A stretch of DNA of 64,000 nt from an uncultured Candidatus Saccharibacteria bacterium (GCA_964521955.1 CAZFTX010000005.1:804-64803); one strand, 5' to 3'. Shown: positions 40,195 through 50,188, numbered from the stretch's first letter. Translations and numbers: made by a program. Notes: generated from the letters alone by a model not told the origin.

Positions 40195-41520
40195 TCAAGC
40201 CTGCGCGGCTCGGGTGTCAATCACTTGTTGCGCGGCCTCCGAAGGGGGCGTGCTTGCGATGAGCCAGACTCGGCCGTTGGGATTGCTTGAATAACGGATG
40301 TTCAAACCCCTCCAGCCAAGACTTTCCATGCTCCTCCGAAGATCTTGGGCCTGTTCCAAGCCTTGTTTGCCGGCGCCGATTTGGACTTCTGCCGCGCCAG
40401 TTGTTCGGTCAATGTTCGGTTCTCGGTCAATCCCTTGTGAAAGCAGAAACTCCCTGAACTTTCCAACGAGCTCGTTTGGGGAATTCGCTTCAATTGGGAT
40501 AACCTTGTTTATTCTGGAAGGCAGTTTCGCCTGTTGTGGTCGCTTGTTTTCCTTGGAGTGTGCCCAAAGGCAGTATCCGAGTATAACAAGCAGAAAGAAG
40601 CAAGCGCCGCCCACTATTGAGCCAACCAGAATGAGGTTGTTGGTGGGTTGTTTTGTTACCACTTTCGCTTCGCCCTTCGCGAGACCGTTGCTGTCCTTGG
40701 CCGGAGCTTCTTCACAGTCAGCCGATGCGGCTGACATGATGTCAAAGCTCATGGAACCGTTTGGACTATTTGGCCTTTGGAAGCAGGGCATTTTGCTTTG
40801 CGGAATGGGCAGGGGCCCACGCCGGACAGCAGTTTGCGCAGGCGGGGGAGGAAGGGCTTTCGCAACTTGGGGTTTTGCCTGTTTCTGAACTGGTTGTTCA
40901 ACCTTAGGCGTTACTTTGGTTGCTATTTGCTTTTTCTCTTTTGCCGCCGTCGGCACTTTTGCCACTCCTGCCGGTTTCGGGGTTGCTTTCACCGCGACCT
41001 TGGCCGGAGCCTTGGGCGCGAGTGGTTTCGGAGCTGTTGCGACAACAGCCTTGGGGGCTGGAGCGGATTTCTTCACGGGAGTCGGGACAGCGGCCTTGGC
41101 CACTGCCGGCGACTTTTTGGCTGGGGTTCTGGTTTGGAGTGCGGGCTTCTTCGTGCCAATTGGTTCGGGCACGGGAGTCATTGCAGCCACGCCACTGTTG
41201 ACGTCGCTGACCACGTACTTGCCGGTTGGCATGTAGCGCCAAACTTCGGCGCGACAATTGCCGACAAACGCAACCTCGCTTCCAACTTCCGCCTTCGGGA
41301 AGTTGACTCGGATGAGCTTTTGGTTTTCCGGCGTTACCGTGACAGTGAACACCAGCTTTTCAACTTCGCAAAAGGCTCCGCGGAACATGCGAGCGAAGTG
41401 GCTCGCAGTTTGTCCGGGTGCCAAAATCACTTCCTGTGGCAACTTAACTTTCTCTTCTTGGGCAAGCCCAAGAGAGGAGAGAGCTGCTGCAAGAAGCAAA
41501 AGCCGAGATGTGTTAAACAT
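40195..41520 (-). CDS. Secreted single-pass membrane protein with long Lys/Ala/Pro-rich stalk
   Basis: Signal peptide, KAP-rich low-complexity region, TM near aa 296-320, cytoplasmic tail; GGAGG SD. Confidence 0.8.
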   Translation of the reverse strand: MFNTSRLLLLAAALSSLGLAQEEKVKLPQEVILAPGQTASHFARMFRGAFCEVEKLVFTVTVTPENQKLIRVNFPKAEVGSEVAFVGNCRAEVWRYMPTGKYVVSDVNSGVAAMTPVPEPIGTKKPALQTRTPAKKSPAVAKAAVPTPVKKSAPAPKAVVATAPKPLAPKAPAKVAVKATPKPAGVAKVPTAAKEKKQIATKVTPKVEQPVQKQAKPQVAKALPPPPAQTAVRRGPLPIPQSKMPCFQRPNSPNGSMSFDIMSAASADCEEAPAKDSNGLAKGEAKVVTKQPTNNLILVGSIVGGACFFLLVILGYCLWAHSKENKRPQQAKLPSRINKVIPIEANSPNELVGKFREFLLSQGIDREPNIDRTTGAAEVQIGAGKQGLEQAQDLRRSMESLGWRGLNIRYSSNPNGRVWLIASTPPSEAAQQVIDTRAAQA

Positions 41521-41841
41521 CTTTTTTGGCCTCCTCTTCAGTTGTGAATCTAACTAAACTTCAGACCAAAAACTTCTGGTCCTGAAAAAAATCTAACTAG
41601 GTAGTAGCTTGTTAGCTAGTAGCTTTTTAGATACCTATCAGCAAAAGAAGTTTTTTTGATTTTTAGAACAATTAGGTAAATTAGAACAATTAGAATAATT
41701 CAGTATTTTTTCTTTTTTGACTTTACACTTTAACATTTTCTTTGATTTTTGTCAATGTATATTTTGCAGATTCTAATCTAAAGCGGGACCAGCTCCGTTA
41801 GAGGTTGGTTATTTTAAAAATAACCGTAAGCTCTAAGCGGG

Positions 41842-41985
41842 GGTTGACCCAGTAGAGCTACATTGCAAATATGTTTTTGTTTTATTCAGTATAAATAAGA
41901 GCATTTTTTTATAAAACGTTTAATTAGGAATTCAATTGCAATGTGATTCTACTGGGTTGACAATTTCTCTCTTATATATTACGAT
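41842..41985 (+). promoter_or_regulatory. Inverted-repeat promoter module, copy 3 (diverged)
   Basis: GGTTGACCCAGTAGAGCTACATTGCAA..TTGCAATGTGATTCTACTGGGTTGACA; TTGACA(41957-41962)-17-TACGAT. Confidence 0.75.
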
Positions 41986-42146
41986 GTTTGGTGCTACAGG
42001 GGTCGATTTTTTGATCCCTGTTTGTACGTTGTGTGTACACACTACGGTAGTTGGACAGCACTGCGCTGTCACAACTTACCGTCAACCGCGGTTCTTTAGA
42101 CCCCACCTTGAAGAGGGTGGGACAAATCCACGGAGGATTGAGTACC

Positions 42147-42854
42147 ATGAAGTTTAAGAGGAAGAAGCCCCAGACCATTGTGTCATGGGGTAAAATGATG
42201 TTTGCGATCGCTCTGATTGCCATGTTGGCCGGCCTCACGGCCGCGCCGGCGAACGCGGCGGTGATTGGACCAGGTGGATCTGGAGTGGCGTCTGATTTCG
42301 GAGTCATTTCCGGCACCGTCTTGGTGGAAACTACTGTGCTCGGGGTCGTGGGTGTTCCCACGGCAACCTTTACCGGTGATTACGCATACTCTGTGATTGA
42401 CGAGGGTGGCGGGATTCTCGCGTTTCTGTACCAGTTCAGCAACTGGGCCAGTTCCGATGATCCGGTGCTTCGCACGACTCATAGCTCATTCACCGGGTTC
42501 GTTACCGACGTTGGCTACACCACAGTCGTACCGGTTGGTACCACGGTGTTCAGCGCCGGCGGCGTAGCCTCGACGGATGTCTCGCGCAGTGGCAGTGGCA
42601 GTGTGGTTCGGTATGACTATGATGCGGGTGTGGATCCGGGTACGTTTACCTACATCATGGCCATTCGTGTCACTGCTGATTACTGGTCGCGTGGTGGTTC
42701 ATTCACGGCTCAAGATGGAAGCGTGGGAGCCGTGACGGCAGCTAATCCCGAATCGGTTCCCGAGCCCGGCACGTACGCGCTCATGGGCGGCGGCCTGTTG
42801 GCCCTCGCTGCCCTGCGTCGGCGCAACAAGGGAGGTGACGACACCTCCAACTAG
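42147..42854 (+). CDS. PEP-CTERM sorting domain-containing secreted protein
   Basis: GGAGG SD, signal peptide ..PANA, VPEPGTYALMGGGLLALAALRRRNK. Confidence 0.93.
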   Translation: MKFKRKKPQTIVSWGKMMFAIALIAMLAGLTAAPANAAVIGPGGSGVASDFGVISGTVLVETTVLGVVGVPTATFTGDYAYSVIDEGGGILAFLYQFSNWASSDDPVLRTTHSSFTGFVTDVGYTTVVPVGTTVFSAGGVASTDVSRSGSGSVVRYDYDAGVDPGTFTYIMAIRVTADYWSRGGSFTAQDGSVGAVTAANPESVPEPGTYALMGGGLLALAALRRRNKGGDDTSN

Positions 42855-43177
42855 CGGTCTTCTGCTGACTGAGCCGAACCCCCGTTCGTAAGGGGTGTCG
42901 GACCGGCTCATGAAGCGGACGGGGAGAAGGGTTACCACGGCTCTTCTCCCTACGATTTCAAGCAGTGTTTAGTTTTGAGTTCGACCTGTACGCTGGTGGC
43001 GCAAGCTATCAATCGCGTTTGGGTCGCGCTGGTCGCAACTTATTGGTTACGGTCGCCCATCTCCAGTGGCGGTTGTTTCCTGGTTGCGGTCAGTATTTAG
43101 CGGGCGGGTCTCCACCAGAGACCCCCCGCCTCTTTTTTTATTCAACACCATTTTTTGACTATTTTTCCTTTACCTCG

Positions 43178-43209
43178 ACCACTATGATACTGTCCAGTAT
43201 CATAGTGGT
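43178..43209. repeat. 32-bp palindrome, copy 1
   Basis: ACCACTATGATACTG-TC-CAGTATCATAGTGGT, identical at 53573-53604. Confidence 0.9.
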
Positions 43210-43980
43210 TTTATTTTTTAAGTTTAATTGTTTGAATTTTAAAATATAATTGTTCGATGTTTTTTTGTTTCTATGTTTGAATGCTCGCATGCTCAAATGC
43301 TTGTATGTTTTTACGAAAGTCATGCTCTAGACAGGTTTGGGGGATTGTGATATTCTGCTTTTTACAAAAAGGGGGAGAAATAACAAAGAATTTTGGTCTT
43401 GGTCGCAGGGTACTTTGGGGAAGTGGTTTTCCTTAGGCCTTGTGACTTAGGGGTGGCAGGCGTTTTGTAAGAAGCGCAGTTTGTAAGACAGAGCCGCGCT
43501 GGTGAAGCTTGCGAGCGCCTGCTTAACCTTTTGGTCTTCCCGGACTCCAGACCCCTCTATGGGTACCGGGATTGGGCGGCGGGGTTGTTTCCCTCCATCC
43601 TCGCCGCTCCAAAATTTCTTCAAGCTCCCTTGCCCGCTCATGTGGGAGTCCATGAGTGCCGTAGCAGGGAAAAGTCCGGGTGAGTTGCCCCCAGCAGGCA
43701 CCACCCGGATCTTATTTATCCAGCACCATTTTTTGACTCCAGAAAATAATGCTGGATTTATCTAAAATTATTGTTCTTTTTAGAATAATTAGGTAAATTA
43801 GAATAATTTATTGGTGTTTATAAACCCTCTTTCCACATATTTTGTCCACATTTGGTGGATAAATACCCCTTTTACCCCCGCTATAGGCGGGCTTTTTTAT
43901 TTGCTAAAGTAATCCTACAAGTGTTTTAGTAATAGTTTTTAGAAACAAAATTTTAAAGAACCAAGGCTTTTTAAAAAAGC

Positions 43981-45204
43981 ATGTCCCAACTCAAGTCTAA
44001 AATCGAAGCAGAGCTTCAAAAAAATACTGACGTTTCTATTATTTCTTTGGTTCAAGACTTGGTTGTTTACGCTCACGAAACCCGCGCTTCAGACATTCAC
44101 ATAGACCCGGTGGAAAAATTTGTCAGAGTTCGTTTAAGAGTTGATGGAGTTCTGTTGGAAAGTTTTAAGTTTCCAAAAAACATTCACTCTGAAGTTGTTA
44201 CCAGAATTAAAATTCTTTCCGGATTAAGGACAGACGAACATCAAGCTGCACAGGACGGACGTTTTCGTATAGACAAAGTTGAAGGGGAGAGGCCGCTGGA
44301 TGTTCGTGTTTCTATTACTCCCACTTACTTTGGAGAGAACGCAGTTTTAAGACTTTTGTCAGACAAAGAAGAAGGTCACACTTTAGACACATTGGGTTTT
44401 TCTAAAAGTAACCAGCAGAAGATTTTAAAAGCAATTAAGCGTCCGTTTGGAATGATACTAGCAACAGGTCCTACCGGCTCGGGTAAAACCACTACGCTTT
44501 ATACGCTTATACAAATGTTGAACAATCCGGAAGTAAACATTGTAACCATTGAAGACCCGGTAGAGTACGCAGTGGAAGGTGTTGAGCAAATTCAGGTGAA
44601 CCCCAGAACTGGTTTAACTTTTGCAAATGGCTTACGCTCCATACTCAGACAAGATCCGAACATAATTATGGTAGGGGAAATCCGCGACTCAGAAACTGCA
44701 GGCATAGCTATAAATGTGTCCTTGACCGGACACTTGCTCTTTTCCACTCTCCATACTAACGACCCGGCAACTACTTTGCCTAGACTACTAGATATGGGTA
44801 TAGAAGCTTATCTTGTGGCTTCAACTGTAAATTTGGCCATTGGTCAAAGACTGGTCAGGAAAATTTGCAGTTCCTGTAAAAAAGAAAAAGTTTTTACTTC
44901 GGCTGAAACCAAAAGTCTTTCCGAACATATCCCTTCAAGTGTTTTAAAAAAGTTTAAAAACTTTTACGAAGGCAAAGGCTGTGAAGCCTGTAATAACACC
45001 GGCTACAAAGGTAGAGTCGCTATACACGAAGTTTTAGAAATAGACGAAGCGGTTAAGGAAGCAATTTTAAAAAAATCTACAGCAACAGAAATTAAAGAAA
45101 TTGCCATGAAAAATGGAATGATTCCTATGGGTCAAGACGGACTCCTGAAAGCTGCTGCCGGAATAACCACCATACAAGAAGTTTTACGCGTTTCTCATGA
45201 ATAG
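43981..45204 (+). CDS. pilB: Type IV pilus assembly ATPase PilB/GspE (N-terminally short)
   Basis: ASDIHI, QDGRF, TGPTGSGKTTTLY, TIEDPVE, LRQDPNIIMVGEIRD, tetra-Cys. Confidence 0.92.
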   Translation: MSQLKSKIEAELQKNTDVSIISLVQDLVVYAHETRASDIHIDPVEKFVRVRLRVDGVLLESFKFPKNIHSEVVTRIKILSGLRTDEHQAAQDGRFRIDKVEGERPLDVRVSITPTYFGENAVLRLLSDKEEGHTLDTLGFSKSNQQKILKAIKRPFGMILATGPTGSGKTTTLYTLIQMLNNPEVNIVTIEDPVEYAVEGVEQIQVNPRTGLTFANGLRSILRQDPNIIMVGEIRDSETAGIAINVSLTGHLLFSTLHTNDPATTLPRLLDMGIEAYLVASTVNLAIGQRLVRKICSSCKKEKVFTSAETKSLSEHIPSSVLKKFKNFYEGKGCEACNNTGYKGRVAIHEVLEIDEAVKEAILKKSTATEIKEIAMKNGMIPMGQDGLLKAAAGITTIQEVLRVSHE

Positions 45205-45208
45205 TGGT

Positions 45209-45662
45209 GAATTATTCTAAGTACCCTAATTGATCTAATTATTCTAAAAGGGATGCAAGATGAAAAAAATACAAAATATGACTTAGAAGAAAGAACAGCA
45301 AAGTTTGGTGAAGAAATTATTAGATTTTGTGTTCAATTACCAAGAAATGAAGTTACTAAGCCATTAATAAATCAGTTAGTGAAGTGCGGAACAAGTGTTG
45401 GTGCAAACTATTCAGAGGCAGACGACGCAGAAAGTCCTAAAGATTTTAAGCACAAGATTGGGATATGTAAGAAAGAGTCTAGGGAATGTAAGCATTTTTT
45501 AAGAATGTTATCGGTAGCAACTCCGGAAAAGACCGAACTAATTAGAGTTTTATGGAACGAAGCAAAAGAGTTACATTTAATTTTCAACGCAATTTATAGA
45601 AAGATTAATTAATTGGGATTTATTTAGGTTAATTAGAGTAATTAGAACAATTAGAATAATTC
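45209..45662. repeat. Inverted 9-mer arrays (TTAGAAYAA family) flanking a four-helix-bundle gene
   Basis: Left ATTATTCTAA..ATTGATCTAATTATTCTAA (45209-45249); right TTAGGTTAA-TTAGAGTAA-TTAGAACAA-TTAGAATAA (45623-45662). Confidence 0.8.
45253..45612 (+). CDS. Four helix bundle protein (23S rRNA IVP/Avd-like family)
   Basis: YDLEERT, QLVKCGTSVGANYSEA, DFKHKIGICKKESRE. Confidence 0.92.
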   Translation: MQDEKNTKYDLEERTAKFGEEIIRFCVQLPRNEVTKPLINQLVKCGTSVGANYSEADDAESPKDFKHKIGICKKESRECKHFLRMLSVATPEKTELIRVLWNEAKELHLIFNAIYRKIN

Positions 45663-45665
45663 AGT

Positions 45666-46730
45666 ATGTCATTTTTCTCCCCAAGCTTTTCTACAAAAGA
45701 ACAAACGCTCTTTGCCAAACGACTTTCTTTTCTCATGCGTGCAGGTGTGCCAATTTTAGAAAGTTTAAATTTGCTGAAAAAGCAAATGCGCACGAAAAGT
45801 TCAGTAAAGATTTTTGAGTCCATAATTACAGACGTTTCCAACGGCAATTTTTTGTCTTCTGCACTCGCAAAGTTTAAAGGCGTGTTTGGGGAATTTGCGG
45901 TTAACATTATTAAAGTTGGGGAAGAGGGCGGAATTTTAAGCGAAAACTTACACTATTTAGCAGAAGAGTTAAAGAAAAAACAGGCTTTAAAGAAAAAAGT
46001 TATTTCCGCACTCATTTATCCGGTGTTTATAGTCGTTGCCACTTTAGGAATTGTTGGGGTACTGACCGTGTTCGTGTTTCCAAAAGTCATGCCAATTTTT
46101 TCCAGCATTAACGTGCCTTTGCCTTTAACCACCCGAGCTTTAATTGTTATTAGTCGTTTTCTTATTGCATACGGTTTTTGGGTACTCTTGGGTTTTATAC
46201 TTTTGGTCTTTGCTGTTTCTATAATTTTAAAACAAGTTAAGCCATTCCGCTTTAGGGTTCAACAACTTTTGTTAAGACTTCCAATTGTCGGGAAAATTTC
46301 ACGGGATTATTACTTAGCAAACTTTTGTAGAACTTTAGGACTACTTTTAAGAGGGGATGCCAGACTTTACGAAGCTATTTTAACCACAGCGAAAACAACA
46401 GAAAATTTGGTTTATAAAAATGAGTTTGTGGGAATTTCTAAAGCAGTAAACAAAGGTGAAAGGATTTCTGCATACATGGCTAGGCGCACGCAGTATTTTC
46501 CGGAAATTACCGGACACATGGTAGCAATTGGGGAGACGGCCGGCAATTTGAGTGAAACTTTTATGTATTTGGCGGAAATGTACGAAAATGAAGTGGATGA
46601 AACTACCAAGAACCTTTCCAGTTTAATAGAGCCGGTGTTAATGGTGTTTATGGGGCTCTTGGTTGGGTTTGTGGCTATTTCAATTATCACCCCAATTTAT
46701 TCTGTGACGCAGAAACTAACCCCTAAATAA
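45666..46730 (+). CDS. pilC: Type IV pilus platform protein PilC/GspF
   Basis: AGVPILESL, GEEGG, ALIYP, GETAGNL, LIEPVL. Confidence 0.92.
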   Translation: MSFFSPSFSTKEQTLFAKRLSFLMRAGVPILESLNLLKKQMRTKSSVKIFESIITDVSNGNFLSSALAKFKGVFGEFAVNIIKVGEEGGILSENLHYLAEELKKKQALKKKVISALIYPVFIVVATLGIVGVLTVFVFPKVMPIFSSINVPLPLTTRALIVISRFLIAYGFWVLLGFILLVFAVSIILKQVKPFRFRVQQLLLRLPIVGKISRDYYLANFCRTLGLLLRGDARLYEAILTTAKTTENLVYKNEFVGISKAVNKGERISAYMARRTQYFPEITGHMVAIGETAGNLSETFMYLAEMYENEVDETTKNLSSLIEPVLMVFMGLLVGFVAISIITPIYSVTQKLTPK

Positions 46731-46762
46731 TAAAAAATTGATCCCGAAATAACTGACCAAAA

Positions 46763-47206
46763 ATGATCAAAATTGACATGAATGACAAGAATGAAAAAAA
46801 CTATGGATTCACTTTAATGGAGATATTGGTGGTAATGGGAATTATGGTGGTGCTTTCTACTTTAGGACTTTTGGTGGGATTGGATTTTTACAAGAGCTAC
46901 GCTTTTAATTCCGAAAGAGACTTAGTGGTAAGCATGTTACAGAAAGCCAGAAACCAGTCATTGGCAAACATAAATCAGAAAGAACATGGGTTTAGAGTAG
47001 TAGGTAATAATTATGAAATTTATGAAGTTGGCGGTGGTGATGTACAGACTTTTCAAAAGCATCCAGGGATTAATTCTGCTGATGTCGATGTAAGATTTGA
47101 ACAGCTTTCAGGGGATTCGTATATTTTTTCAGGGAATATTGTTTTAGATGATGGGAAAAGGGCAGCGACTATTTCTGTAAACTCTGAGGGAAGAATTAAT
47201 TGGTAG
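46763..47206 (+). CDS. Minor pilin (FimT/GspH-like)
   Basis: GFTLMEILVVMGI prepilin motif; LQKARNQS. Confidence 0.85.
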   Translation: MIKIDMNDKNEKNYGFTLMEILVVMGIMVVLSTLGLLVGLDFYKSYAFNSERDLVVSMLQKARNQSLANINQKEHGFRVVGNNYEIYEVGGGDVQTFQKHPGINSADVDVRFEQLSGDSYIFSGNIVLDDGKRAATISVNSEGRINW

Positions 47207-47251
47207 AAAAAATTAACCTAATTATTCTAATTTCTAATTAACCTAAAATTT

Positions 47252-48712
47252 ATGAAAATAAAAAATTTGTTTAAAAGGTCGCAAGGAGGATATACCACTG
47301 CAGAAATGCTAATTGCTTTTTTCATTATGACCGTGGCTATTTCCGGAGTTAGTACTATTGCTTTTGGAAACCAGTCAGTTTCTGTGGACACTGAAAAAAA
47401 CAGTGAAGCTTTGCGTATTGCCCAAGCTGTAGCAGAAGACAAAAGAGCCATGGCAAAAACTAACTTCGACAGTTTACAAACTTCAGACTGCGACACTGCC
47501 GGGTATGAGTGTGAAGTTTTGGTTTCCAGTCCTCAGCAGAACTTAAAACAAATTACCACAACGGTTTCTTGGGTAGAAGGTAACAGGCCGCAAAGCGTGG
47601 TTTTAAAAAGCCGAGTGGCAAACTTAGAGGAAGAAGAAGCAACCGGCGGAACCGAAGGTGGTGGTAACAGAGAAAGTTCAGGGGGTGACGACGGAGGAGA
47701 TGATGGTACGGGAAGTGGTGGGGGTAGTGGAGGAAGTAATGGTTTTTGTCCAACGGTTAATAATATTTTCTCTCAAGACACTACAGCTAGTTTGGCTGGT
47801 AAAACTACCGGATTGGACGTTGTTAATAATTTAATATACCTAAGTTTAGATACGAGTGGAGATAATACTTTAAGTGATTTTGTTATTCTCGATTCAAATA
47901 ATTTAAATAAAATTGTAAAAATTTCAGAACTCAAAACTCAATCCGGAGGCTTAAATGCTATAGATATTGCAAATGGGTACGCGTATACTGTGGGGAAAAA
48001 GTTGGGAGCACAGTTAGAAATAATAAATGTTTCGAGTTCTACTAGTCCAAGTTTAGAAAGTTTTTTAGATTTATCATCCGCTGGGCTTAGTATATTTTAT
48101 AGGGACAATAAAGTTTATGCAGGTACCGAAAACAATCCCAGTGGCCCAGAGTTTTATGTAATAGATGTGACTGATTCCAGTTTGCCTTCGGTTTTAGGTA
48201 GTTTTGAAATTGGTGGGGGAGTTAATCAAATTGTGGTTCGGGGAAATACAGCCTATCTTGCAACTACTCACGGAGCTAAGGATATTGTAGTATTAGACGT
48301 TTCAAATCCTACCAGTATTTTAGAGACAAGAGTTTACAATAATTCCTATGCTGCAGCTGCACAGAGTTTGTATTTCTATGATAGTAAAATTTTTGCAGGT
48401 TCAAATCCTAACCTATTAGTCTTGGACCCAAGCACTAATCCAGTGAATTTAACTGCTTCAAATTCCATGCCTATGAATATTAATGATATTGTTATTTCTG
48501 GAAACTTAGGTTTTCTTGGAACAGATTTGGCAAATAAACGTTTTCAAATATGGGATATGAGTAATTTATCCGACATGAAATATTGCACAAGTTCAGATAA
48601 TATTAGTCCTTTGTTTAACGCTCCGGTTACAGGGATAATTTATCAAAACGGTTTGGCTTATGTTGCCATGTATAAAAATGGAATATCGGTTCGTGTTGTA
48701 AAGTTGAATTAA
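47252..48712 (+). CDS. Pilin-like protein fused to LVIVD-repeat beta-propeller
   Basis: GYTTAEMLIA; Gly-rich linker; LEIINVS, FYVIDVT, IVVLDVSNP repeats. Confidence 0.8.
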   Translation: MKIKNLFKRSQGGYTTAEMLIAFFIMTVAISGVSTIAFGNQSVSVDTEKNSEALRIAQAVAEDKRAMAKTNFDSLQTSDCDTAGYECEVLVSSPQQNLKQITTTVSWVEGNRPQSVVLKSRVANLEEEEATGGTEGGGNRESSGGDDGGDDGTGSGGGSGGSNGFCPTVNNIFSQDTTASLAGKTTGLDVVNNLIYLSLDTSGDNTLSDFVILDSNNLNKIVKISELKTQSGGLNAIDIANGYAYTVGKKLGAQLEIINVSSSTSPSLESFLDLSSAGLSIFYRDNKVYAGTENNPSGPEFYVIDVTDSSLPSVLGSFEIGGGVNQIVVRGNTAYLATTHGAKDIVVLDVSNPTSILETRVYNNSYAAAAQSLYFYDSKIFAGSNPNLLVLDPSTNPVNLTASNSMPMNINDIVISGNLGFLGTDLANKRFQIWDMSNLSDMKYCTSSDNISPLFNAPVTGIIYQNGLAYVAMYKNGISVRVVKLN

Positions 48713-48713
48713 T

Positions 48714-49163
48714 ATGAAAAAAGCAAAGGACAGCAAACAAGAAGCATTCACTTTAATTGAAACTTTAATTTACATTGCTTTTTTTGCGGTGCTGGTTGGC
48801 AGTTTGCTTGGAATTACTTTTCAAACCATAGACAATTCTGCCAGACTTTCAAAGAAAATAACCATTCAGCAAGAAGCAAACTTTATTTTAAGAAAAATAG
48901 AATGGGCAATTAACAGCGGGGAAGTTGTATCTTCAGCCGGGGATGTTTTAACTGTTACTTTGTACGACGGTGGTGGAATTGTAGAGTTTAAGCGTGACGG
49001 AGACAATATGGTAATAGTTAGGGGAACAGAAATAAAAGAACTGAACAGTGAAAATGTTAAAGTGACAGACGTGTCTATACAAAATCCTACCGCAAGTGAA
49101 TTTAAAATTTCTTTAAACGTTGAAGGTGAAAATTTTCAATTAACTAAATTCCTTCGTAAGTAA
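48714..49163 (+). CDS. Minor pilin (PilW/GspJ-like)
   Basis: AFTLIETLIYIA. Confidence 0.82.
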   Translation: MKKAKDSKQEAFTLIETLIYIAFFAVLVGSLLGITFQTIDNSARLSKKITIQQEANFILRKIEWAINSGEVVSSAGDVLTVTLYDGGGIVEFKRDGDNMVIVRGTEIKELNSENVKVTDVSIQNPTASEFKISLNVEGENFQLTKFLRK

Positions 49164-49193
49164 CAAGTCTAAAGTAAAAAGTTAAAAGCTTGA

Positions 49194-49637
49194 ATGAAAT
49201 TTAAAAATTATAAAAATATTCTTTGCCCTAAACCCTTAGCACTTAGCGCTGGCTATATCGCCATCACTTCTGTAATGATTATTTCTCTATTACTTATAAC
49301 CATTACTGTGGCATTAAGTACAAGTAACTATTTTAGTCGGTTTAACATTTTAGAAAGTGAGTATAAAACCAGAAGTTTAGGTTTAGCAGAAGCATGTGTT
49401 GACCAAGCACTTTACAGGTTGGTACAAAAATTAGACACGCCAAATAATTTTAACGTAAACATAGGAAACAGCCAGTGTAAAATTGTTTCCATAAGTCCTG
49501 CAGGAGCAGCTAGAACCATAAAAACTCAAGGAGAGTTTCAGAAAAGCTTTTCAAATATTAAAGTGGTAGTAAATACTCCGGGGTATACAGTCAGTTCTTG
49601 GCAGGAATGTAAAACAGAAAATGACCCTTGCCAGTAA
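49194..49637 (+). CDS. PilX-like minor pilin
   Basis: GYIAITSVMII (no Glu5), LAEACVDQALYRL. Confidence 0.75.
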   Translation: MKFKNYKNILCPKPLALSAGYIAITSVMIISLLLITITVALSTSNYFSRFNILESEYKTRSLGLAEACVDQALYRLVQKLDTPNNFNVNIGNSQCKIVSISPAGAARTIKTQGEFQKSFSNIKVVVNTPGYTVSSWQECKTENDPCQ

Positions 49638-49702
49638 GTACTGGTAGGTGTATAAATAATGAAAGTTAATTAACAATAATTTTAATAAGTAAAGGAAAAT
49701 AT

Positions 49703-50188
49703 ATGAATAAAGAGAAAGAACAGAGTGGATTTACACTCATAGAAATTTTGGTGGTTATTGGTATTATTGCCATTTTGGCAGTTATAGTGCTCATAGCCAT
49801 TAACCCAGGCAGACAGTTTGCTCAGTCTAGAGACACTCAAAGGACTAGTAATGTGAATGCTTTACTAAATGCTATTGGTCAACGTATGGCAGATAATAAA
49901 GGTGTGTTTGAAGGAAGTTTTTTTGATGGGACTAGTACAACAACTTGTCCTATTATTACCACAGGAGCTGATTTATCTATTTTGAGCGGTGGAACTGCTG
50001 GTAGTGGAGAGGTAAATCTTTCCTGTCTTGTGCCAACATATATTCCAGCTTTGCCAACTGATCCTAAGCATACAAGTAGTAATGGTAATGATACTTTGTA
50101 TGACATTTTTGTTAACTCTTCAACAAAAAGAACAACTGTAAAAGCTCCATTAGCAGAAATTAATAAACCAATAGAAATCGAGCGCTAG
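49703..50188 (+). CDS. Type IV pilin (probable major pilin)
   Basis: GFTLIEILVVIGIIAILA..INPGRQF..RDTQR, LVPTYIPALPTDP; GGA SD. Confidence 0.9.
   Translation: MNKEKEQSGFTLIEILVVIGIIAILAVIVLIAINPGRQFAQSRDTQRTSNVNALLNAIGQRMADNKGVFEGSFFDGTSTTTCPIITTGADLSILSGGTAGSGEVNLSCLVPTYIPALPTDPKHTSSNGNDTLYDIFVNSSTKRTTVKAPLAEINKPIEIER

Noticed and set aside
40298-41557. Long plus-strand ORFs antisense to the 441-aa gene, and similar shadows over the PEP-CTERM genes and uvrA
   Set aside because: Antisense shadows of real genes, lacking SD and motifs
29844-41836. 12-bp match CGTAAGCTCTAA in the rnj leader and before module copy 3
   Set aside because: Too short and flanks do not align; likely chance
43665-43717. 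Resemblance to RNase P RNA motifs (GGAAAAGTCCGGG, ACCCGG..CTTAT)
   Set aside because: The motifs are only ~30 nt apart and simply form one hairpin
45253-45612. Diversity-generating retroelement suggested by the Avd-like gene
   Set aside because: No reverse transcriptase and no TR/VR pair differing at adenines was seen
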